Source: Octopus vulgaris (taxonomy: Eukaryota). From it: a stretch of 64,000 bases of DNA. A model generated the notes under the pieces. That model made no database searches and was not told the DNA's origin. It saw only the letters and a list, made by a program, of their open reading frames with translations. Both the position numbers and the translations under genes were made by a program. Shown piece by piece: positions 54,038 through 64,000 of this stretch. Positions within the stretch are counted from its first letter, which is position 1, and every line of letters begins with the position of its first letter. The DNA is taken from the NCBI GenBank assembly GCA_951406725.2, contig OX597817.1, positions 84,568,001 through 84,632,000 of the forward strand. Direction: 5' to 3'.

Positions 54038-54814
54038 TAATAATAATGATTATTATTATAATAAATAAAATACATTATGTCTGTTAATGTCAACTTTAAA
54101 TGTCTTATAAACAGAATAATTTACAAAAGAATAAGAAATTTAAACAGCGTCTGATGGAAAATATCAAAAATGGAAAATACACAAAAATTTATGAATTATT
54201 TTGTTTTTATGAATACTTTTTAAATATTAGATACAGTTTTTTTTTCTTTTATAAACTGTTTGGAAAGAAAAGAAGTAAAATGAAGCAATAAATACATTTT
54301 GTTTTAAATAGATATTCCAAGCGTGATGTGAACTGTTTTAAAGTGATCTAAAAAAAAAACCTTTCATCAAAATTTCATGTAATTTATGTTCTTAACAAGG
54401 GCTTAATAATGAAATAGTTATTTTACTAAATTCTTCAATATCTTCAAAATTAATGGAAACAAAGATAGTGAATGGCCAACAGAAATATGATAATAAAAGT
54501 GTTAAAACTATCAAAACTGAGACTGTCTTGAGAACTTCATGCTAATCTATGTTCTAAACACCAACTTAAAAATGACAAAATTATTTTACTAAATTCTCCA
54601 ATACTTTCAAAATGAATTGAAACAAAATGTATTTCATCAGAAACATGGTAACAAAAGGGTCAATCTTATACCCAGAAGAACAAATGAATTATGTATAGGA
54701 GAGTGAATGGATAGATTTCATTTTTGTGAATATGACTTTGAATACATATATATATACATACATATGCATAGCATGGAAAACAGATGCTAAATGATGATGA
54801 TGATGATGATGATG

Positions 54815-54855
<41 letters not shown>

Positions 54856-55190
54856 TATATACATATATATACATATATATACATATACATACATATACAT
54901 ACATACATATATATACATATACATACATATATATACATATACATATATATACATATACATACATATACATATATATATACATATACATATATATATATAT
55001 ACATATATATATACATATATATACACATATACATACATATACATATATATACATATACATATATATAAATATATATACATATATATACATATACATACAT
55101 ATACATACATATACATACATATACATATATATACATATACATACATATACATACATATACATACATATACATATATATATATATATATAC
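54815..55190 (+). repeat. (TA/TACA)n compound microsatellite
   Basis: Seen directly. Similar tracts at 60025-60303 and 60790-61060. Confidence 0.95.
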
Positions 55191-55657
55191 AATTATAATT
55201 AGGGTTCAGCTAATTGCTTCACCACATACCGAATTTAGAAATAGGAGTTAAAATTCCTTTTCTGCTACTATAAGAAACTCCATGATGGTAAACATACTTT
55301 TTTACAAATGCAAAGAGAGAAAACAATGAATCAACATGACCAGGATTAATTATATATGCGTTTCGAGATTAAAGTAATTTAAATTAAATTACTTTGATCT
55401 CGAAATGCATATATAATTAATCCTAGTCATGTCGATTCATTGTTTTCTCTCTTTGCATTTGTAAAAAAAACTATGTTTACCGTCATGGAGATTTTTATAG
55501 TAGCAGAAAATGAATTTTAACTCCTATTTCTAAATTCAGTATGTGTTGAAGCAATTAGCTGAACCCTAATTATAATTATGCGGATAATGTACTGATCTAC
55601 TTGGTAAAATTATTAATTAATTAATTAATTTAATTAATAAGTATTACCCTTCTATTA

Positions 55658-55660
<3 letters not shown>
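55191..55660 (+). mobile_element. ~390-bp palindrome + tail (fold-back Penelope-like pLTR)
   Basis: 55191-55380 mirrors 55386-55578. Terminus and tail are related to 45893-47285. Confidence 0.75.
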
Positions 55661-55699
<39 letters not shown>

Positions 55700-56606
55700 A
55701 CTGGGTATGCATGTTATATGTGTATGTAATAAACCACCATCACAAATGAACACTGTAGGTTTTCTGTTTAAGTAAGACATCAATACTGTTCACATGGTTT
55801 CAGTTTTAACTTAGATGATAATATATCATCTTTGAAATATTCTTTAAAAAAAATACTTTCCCTAACATTAAACAATAATTTAAAGTTAACATAAAGGTGA
55901 ATTTGTTATAGAAGGAGAGCAAAAACAATGTGGAGGGGAGGAAAGAATTCAATGAATTACAGGTTAATAGTTTTATTTTTGTTTGATTTTTTTTTCATAT
56001 GTTTCAAATATGAGATCATTTGTTAATCAAAATAAACTAAATCCACTGAAAGATGTTTTCAGAGGTTAACAAAGATATAAACATTTTCAAGTTTAAACAT
56101 TAGAATAGAAAACACTGAAATTTCTTTTGTGCACATTTAAGTCTCTTTTCTTTTCTTTTTCTTTTGGAAGGACAAGTACTCCTGTTGAAGAGTACTTATA
56201 ACATCAACTGTCAGGAATAACAAATAAAACAGAACCATTTTTTTTTAAACTGGGTATGTGTGTATGTGTTGAAGTTGCAATTCCTTATAAAGGATTAGTA
56301 ATTTCAAACAAGGCTGAAATATTCAGTCGTCAATTCAATCAACATTCACCAACCTGCAATAAACAAACCAAGGATAAATTAATAAATAATAGATTTTTGA
56401 ATACAATAGATCAAAAACAAAAATTCTGACACAATTAAAGAAAATTATTGCTAATTTGTTGTTGTTGCTTATTCCTAGCTCAATCCTTATCAAGATACAA
56501 CCAAAAGTATTCCAGCCATGGCCACTCTGTCTTTTTAGGGATACATCTATGAACATTGTACATTATTTACATTTGACAGATATTTGTCCTCATCTTGTTT
56601 GTTGTT

Positions 56607-56652
56607 AACACAATGTTTCAGCTAATATACTCTCCAACCTTCATCAGGTGTC
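56607..56652 (-). ncRNA. Hammerhead ribozyme motif, CpG-decayed
   Basis: GACAC-CTGATGA-A-GGTTG..TAGCT-GAAA-CA-TT-GTGTT. Stem I GACAC/GTGTT. Confidence 0.55.
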
Positions 56653-56699
56653 TTGGGGAAATTTTGAACCTAGGTTCTCATTTCTAAGGTATTTTTTTC

Positions 56700-57400
56700 T
56701 ATCAGTCCAACACCAGGCTAAAATCAGAATTCATTGGACCAGAAGGTAGTATGATCCCAGAGTCAGAGTTGGTGCATGACCTGAGGGTTCACATGAGCAA
56801 TGATGCAACATTCCACACACATATTACCAAGATAGCAACACTGTGCAGGGAAGTGGCTGGCTGGATTCTGAGGACATTCAGAACCAGAAAAAGGGAAGCC
56901 CTGCTACCCCTATGGAAGATTTTTGTTCTCAGCTGATGGACTGCTGCTCCCAACTATGGTCTCCAGAAAGTGTGAAACAAACTGTGGAACTTGAACCAAT
57001 CCAGTGCCAATACACAAAGAAGATTGACTCGATCCCAAAGATGGGCTACAGGGAGAGGCTAAAGGAGCTGAGTCTCTATTCCTTGGAGAGATGAGAGAGA
57101 TATGCTGTGATATATATTTGGAAGATCTTGGAGGGTTTAGCTCTCAATTCTGGAATTGACAGCTATACCAATCCTTGAACTGGACAGCATTGCATCATAC
57201 CAAAGATCCTGTCTTCTCAATCTAAAATAAGGACACAGTACAGCAACAGTTTGGGTTTCAAAGCCCCACAATTGTTCAACATCCTTCCAGGCAACCTTCG
57301 TTAGTGTTAATTTGTAAGTTTTCATGGAACATCTGGACAGGTTTCTATCTGAGATACATGCGGCAGGAAACACAAAGAAGAGCAGCTCCATCCAACTCGG
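56700..57400 (+). mobile_element. CR1-type LINE 3' fragment
   Basis: VHDLRVHMS..GWILRTFRTR..CCSQLWSP..YRERLKELSLYSLER. Confidence 0.8.
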
Positions 57401-57411
57401 TATACATATAG

Positions 57412-59808
57412 ATATAACTTTGATAGGTTTCAGCCAGTATAGGCCCAGGCCATGTCTAACTTAATAGCACCACCTGGTAAAGTCTTTTAGTCATATATGG
57501 GGTACCATAGCCCACTCTAGCAAAGAGTTATTATTGTTGGAGACATATCCAGGTGTAGGAGGCTAGTCTGGGATTTTTGGAGGAAAGTGGTCCACTGAAC
57601 ATTTGAATTTTATGGAATCCGTTTCTGTTTTGACATATTTTGGTATGGTATTAAAGAGAGCTGGACCAGTTGAGATAAAGTAATTGTGACATAATGTTGC
57701 TATGTGTACTGAGTTTGATTTTTGTAGTGGGCGGATAGCACTGGGGCCAAGTCTTGGATGGATTTTAAAATTGATGCCAAAATCATTTGTGCAATATTGA
57801 TGGAATATTTTCTACATAACACAAATGATGTAGCACTCCCAGTGGCATTACTGAGAGTAGAGATTGAGTTTTTTTAGTTGACCCCAATAATCAATGCCTC
57901 TCATGCTGTCTATCTTTCTTGTTATTGACCACTGAAGTGCTTCTACTTTCATAATAAGCTGCTTCGTATGGGGGGCGGTGACCACAGTGGGCAACAGTAT
58001 TCAAGGTGGAGTTGGGCAAAAGTAGAATAAAGAAGGATGATGGTGTAGGCATCTCTAGACCAGAAAGTTCTCAGAATCCAGGTGCACATCTTGCTGTTTA
58101 CGTGGGAATTCCAGCTTAGATTGTTATCAACAATTACTCCAAGGTCTCTGGTTTTGTTGGATGACACTAGAGAGTCACCTGAGGGAAGAGCATATAGTAA
58201 TTTCAGAGTTTCCTCTTTTCCAAAGTGGACCAAATCAAACTTATTTTCATTTAAAAGCATATTGTTTTTTTCTGCCCATTAGACAATAGCAACCAGATCT
58301 GACAGAAGGTATGTTCGGTCTCTCATGCTGTTTGTGGCTTTCTGGAGTTTGGAATCATCTTCATAGATTTTCAATGTAGAATGTTTGATGACATCTATGT
58401 TGTTGATGTAAATAATGAAGAGGAGTGGGCCCAAAACAATACCTTGTGCGACACCACTACTGACTTTGGCTGAGCTGGATTGTATTCTCTCAAACACAAC
58501 AAGTTGGGTTCTGTTCATCAGGAAACACTTTATCCACTGCAGCAACTTTCCACGAACTCTAATGTTGGACAGCTTCTTCAGCAGGATTTTGTGGTCCACT
58601 CTGTCAAATGCCTTGCTGAAATCAAGGTATATGACGTCAGTTTTGGAGCTCTCTCCCAATGCTTTTAAGATGTCGTCAAAATGGTGCAGAAGCTGCGACA
58701 GTAAGTCCCTGCCATCATGGAAACCATGCTGGTCGGGGTTCAGCAGATTGTTGTCTTCGAGGAAGTGAGTTATTTGCGATCTCACCACCCTCTCAAATAC
58801 TTTAATGATATGAGAAGTGAGTGAAATCAGACGGTAGTTCACTGCAAGAGATTTCTTTCCGTTTTTGAAGACTGGAAAAGACTGGGAAAGAAAATGATCA
58901 GGAATGTAGCCTGCATCAAGTGAGTTTCTCCAAAGCTCAGCTAGAGGGGGTGCAATTTGATGTCGACATCTTCAGGACAGTGACCGGGAACTTATCAGTA
59001 CCTACTGCTGAGTTGTGCTTGATCTTATCTATTTCTGTTAGGGTATCAGAAGCACCAAGTGTTATATCAGATATGGTTAGTTGAGAATTTACATCACTGT
59101 TACTAGCCAGATCAACCGCATTAGCATTACTGAAGACAGAGCAGTATTGTCTCTACAGTATCTCATACATGGATTTTGCATCATCATGAAGAGTGTTATC
59201 CTCATCAACCAGACGACCAACAGTGGAAACAGTGTCTTTATGTCTTTTTTGCAAATGAAAAGAACAGTTGGGGACTGAGTTTTATTTTCTCAATAACCCA
59301 ACTCTCCTCATCTGCTCTTTGACTATTAATGATGGTCATCATGCTTTTTTGGAGGTCATGTTTTTTCGATTTGAGTGATCCAATGGCAGTCAAATGAGCA
59401 TATTGCTGCAGGCAGTATTTCAGTTGGTTGATTTTCTTGTTAATTCTTTTTATTTTTCTGATAATTGCTCTTCTATTTCTAGGGATTCTGCACTTAAATT
59501 TGTATACTGATCTTAATGGAGTATGTTTTGCTCATATATTTGTCACAGTATCTACAAATGACTGTCATGATGTGTTTATGTTGGAGGGGGAGTGTGCATG
59601 CATGAAGACTGAATCAACTTGTGAAAGATCATGATTGATCGCATCCGACTCTGCGTTATGAAGATCCATAGTGTCAAATGGATGGACTGGATTTGATCTT
59701 TGGGTGGTAGAATCTCAGATCACAGTGAACCATGTCCTGGTCTGAGAGTAGTGGTGTTTTTTACACTGCAATATTGAGGATAGTGTCAGTGTGGTTACTG
59801 AACACCAG
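57412..59808 (-). mobile_element. CR1-type LINE (RT + 3' end), decayed
   Basis: NYRLISLTSH, QHGF, YLDFSKAFDRVDH, SGVAQGIVLGPLLF, YEDD, RDLGVIVD and HLEYCCPLWSP motifs. Confidence 0.9.
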
Positions 59809-59931
59809 GTATATATGTACATACATACATATATATATACATATAGGGAGAATTCATAAAAACAAAAGACGAAGAATGATGGTGTAGACAACAAACAGAT
59901 GTATTAGTTTAACACTCGGGAAGTGAAAAAG

Positions 59932-59969
59932 ACTTTAACATTTTGAGCCTACGATCTTCCACAGAAAGA
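59932..59969 (-). ncRNA. Decayed copy of the variant minimal hammerhead (CUGUGGA core)
   Basis: Minus strand TCTTT-CTGTGGA-A-GATC-GTAG-GCTC-AAAA-TG-TT-AAAGT. CGAAACG has decayed to CAAAATG. Confidence 0.45.
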
Positions 59970-60025
59970 AACAAGGAGCGAAAATAAAGAATGTGTAGTG
60001 GCTAGCGATCTATCATGGCGAACGT

Positions 60026-60068
<43 letters not shown>

Positions 60069-60213
60069 TATATACACATATATATATACACATATATATA
60101 TACACATATATATATACATATATATATATACACATATATATATATACACATATATATATATACACATATATATATACACATATATATACACATATATATA
60201 CACACATATATAT

Positions 60214-60316
<103 letters not shown>

Positions 60317-60789
60317 CAATGATAAAAAAGAAATCCAGACAATTTTTTGAAAAGTGACATTTTGCCCCCCTTGGAGTAAACAGCCTGACCAGCTACAAAG
60401 AGATCAACAAAAAAGTTTTTTTCTTTTTTCTCTCCCTTTCCTTCCTTTCCTTCTTTTTCTTTAACACTTCCTTCAGATACATACAAACACACACACACAC
60501 ACACATGCTCTCTCTCACTTTCTCCCCATTCATCACCCTCTTGTACTAGCTTATATCTCTCCCCACCACTACACACTCAATAACACTATAAAAATATTCA
60601 AATTTTCCCCAAGAACTTAGTTCAATTTGAAAACTCCACTAGAATGGACGAAAGTGCTAATATATGATATATGATATATAAAAACATGTAATATACAAAT
60701 AAATATCTGTATATATAAAACCATCCGAATTTCTGAGTACCTCATTTCTTCTAATATAAAATACCTGTACATCATCTCCAAACCTTCTA

Positions 60790-60846
<57 letters not shown>

Positions 60847-61179
60847 TATATATATATATATGCACACATACATATATACACATATATATATATACACATA
60901 CATATATACACATCTATATATACACATATATACATACATATATATATATACACACACATATCTATATATACACATATATACGTACATATATATATATACA
61001 CATATATATACACACATATATACATACATATATATACCTATATATATACATATATATATATCAATGTTATGAGAGGTAATGCTGAGTAAGTGCTATAGAC
61101 AGACTGCAATCCAACATACTTTGGATAGGCTGTGGTTTCTATGTGAAGCTGATGCAGGAAACAGCCATGGACTCATGTT

Positions 61180-62110
<931 letters not shown>

Positions 62111-62587
62111 ATAGATATTCAAGTATCTATACATTTGAATATACTTTGCAACTGCAAAATAAAAACTATGCAGAATATTCCATAATTTTTTTCACCTACA
62201 GTATCATTACCACTTATTTACTTTCACAAAAGATGTCTTGTATATGAGGTTCAAATTTATCCTCATTCAGTTTCAATGTAATTGAGCTGTACTTCATGCA
62301 ATATTTACCAACTGTTTTTTACCTTGTTGTGATCAAAGCAATTCAATAGCATAAATCTTTTTTAATGAATTTAAGCAATTTAGATGTTTATAAATAATTA
62401 ACAGGAGATGGAACTCAATGCTTTGTTGCCAATACGCTTCCCAAAATGCAAACAACCCTAACTTACAAAGCAAAATAACCTTAACTTGAAAACAAAAGAA
62501 AGTAATGGGGTCACTTACCAGATAACATAATAGTATATAAATATATACATATAATACGTATATGTGTGTATATGTGTGTGCATATAA

Positions 62588-62621
<34 letters not shown>

Positions 62622-62706
62622 CATGTGTGTATGTATACATATAAATATATATAACATGTGCATATATATATATATATATATACATATATGCATATATACA
62701 TATATA

Positions 62707-63020
62707 TGAGAAATAACCTCTATTAAGTAATTAGAAAAAATTTAAATATACTATAATAAATATTATTCAAAAATGACTGAATTAAATAAACATTAATTTG
62801 ACAATGTCAATATAATGTTTATTTAATTTAGTTATTTTTTTAATAATATTTATTATAGTATATTTAAATTTTTCTATATAATATAGATAATGTCTTTCAC
62901 TATTGAATTACTTAATAGAGGTTATTTGTCTTAATTATATACATATATTATATATTGTGAAATTTGATTTAGAATTTCTAAATTGAATTTTTCCCTGTAA
63001 GTTTGGAATTATATTCCCTA
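62707..63020 (+). mobile_element. Palindrome + tail (same tail as 1546-1626)
   Basis: Arms centred at ~62803. Tail TTGTGAAATTTGAT..TTTTTCCCTGTAAGTTTGGA..ATTCCCTA. Confidence 0.7.
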
Positions 63021-63042
63021 CTATTATTATTAATAATAATAT

Positions 63043-63088
<46 letters not shown>

Positions 63089-63099
63089 TATCTTTTACT

Positions 63100-63625
63100 G
63101 GTTTCATTCCAGGGCTGAGGTCATGTTGGAGCACCACCTGTAGTAACTCGGTGTTCTTTTTGGTATTGTTCTTGGTGAAATAGCAAACTGGACAGAGCTA
63201 CTCCTCTTTGTGTTTTCTGCCACAGTGTGGGTTCATCTGGTATCTCATAGAAACCTGTCCCGACATTTCTTGAAAACTTGCACAACAACACCATGTAGAT
63301 CTCTAAGGTTGCCTGGCACGATGGTGAGCAATCGCAGGCCCTTCAAACAGAGACTATTGTAGTATTGTGTCCTTATTTTAGATGAGTAAGACAGGCTGTT
63401 TGGTACGATACAGTGCAATCCAGTTCAGGGATTGGTATAGCTCTCAATTCCACAATGGGAAACTAACATCATCCAATATATATAACACCGCATTTAACTC
63501 ACATCTTCACCTCTGGGAATAGACACTCAGGTCCTGCAGCCTCTCCCAGTAGGCTATCTTTTGCATCGAGTCAATCTTCTTTGTCTTGGTGCTGGATTCC
63601 AGAGAGTTCCACACTTTCTTTCATA
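63100..63625 (-). mobile_element. CR1-type LINE 3' fragment
   Basis: Homologous to 57000-57330 (YWERLQDLSVYS..). Confidence 0.65.
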
Positions 63626-63665
63626 TTACAAATACATATATCCATCTATCTATCTATCTATATAC

Positions 63666-63900
63666 ATCATCATCGTTTAACGTCCGTTTTCCGCGCTAGC
63701 ACGGGTTGGACGGTTTCGACCGGGGTCTGGGGAGCTCGGGACTGCCCCAGGCTCCAGTCTAGTCTGGCAGTGTTTCTACAGCTGGATGCCCTTCCTAACG
63801 CCAACCACTCCGCGAGTGTAGTGGGTGTTTTTTACGTGCCACCTGCACAGGTGCCAGAGGGGTCTGGCATCGGCCACGTTCGGATGGTGCTTTTTATGTG
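63666..63900 (-). mobile_element. Young RTE 3' UTR / RTE-tailed SINE
   Basis: CATCATCGTTTAACGTCCGTTTTCCGCGCTAGCACGGGTTGG end with CpGs intact. Confidence 0.7.
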
Positions 63901-64000
63901 GGGGGGGGGTGCAGAAATATAGGGGAGCACCAGTGGGGAGGGGTGGTTCAGAGAAATGATGACAGGTTCTAGGCAAGTAGAACGTAGGATATCGAGAGAG

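Noticed and set aside
54666-55198. Long YI/IY-repeat ORFs (also at ~60-61 kb and in the poly-I/L ORFs elsewhere)
   Set aside because: Translations of (TA)n, (TACA)n and (TTA)n microsatellites

Overview
AT-rich, repeat-dominated animal genomic DNA. The SINE, LINE and microsatellite landscape suggests a cephalopod, probably Octopus (inference from recalled repeat families). Almost every ORF in the supplied track is microsatellite noise or a decayed transposon: R4/Dong-type RLE LINEs, a Tx1/L1-type LINE, RTE, CR1 and I/Jockey-type LINEs, Penelope-like GIY-YIG elements, a Tigger/pogo transposase, Helitrons, piggyBac-type MITEs and several tRNA-derived SINE families. The one host gene I can support is below the ORF-track cutoff: a 57-aa PIGBOS1-like single-pass microprotein (38913-39086, +) with a spliced non-coding first exon. 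Just downstream of it CpG content collapses, which suggests a long methylated gene body starting near the same promoter. The window also holds seven full or near-full hammerhead-ribozyme motifs from about five Penelope-type families, including a non-canonical core variant and fold-back arrangements. Different retroelement classes appear to occupy different microsatellites: (TAA)n, (GATA)n and (TA)n. All alignments, translations and folds were done by eye.
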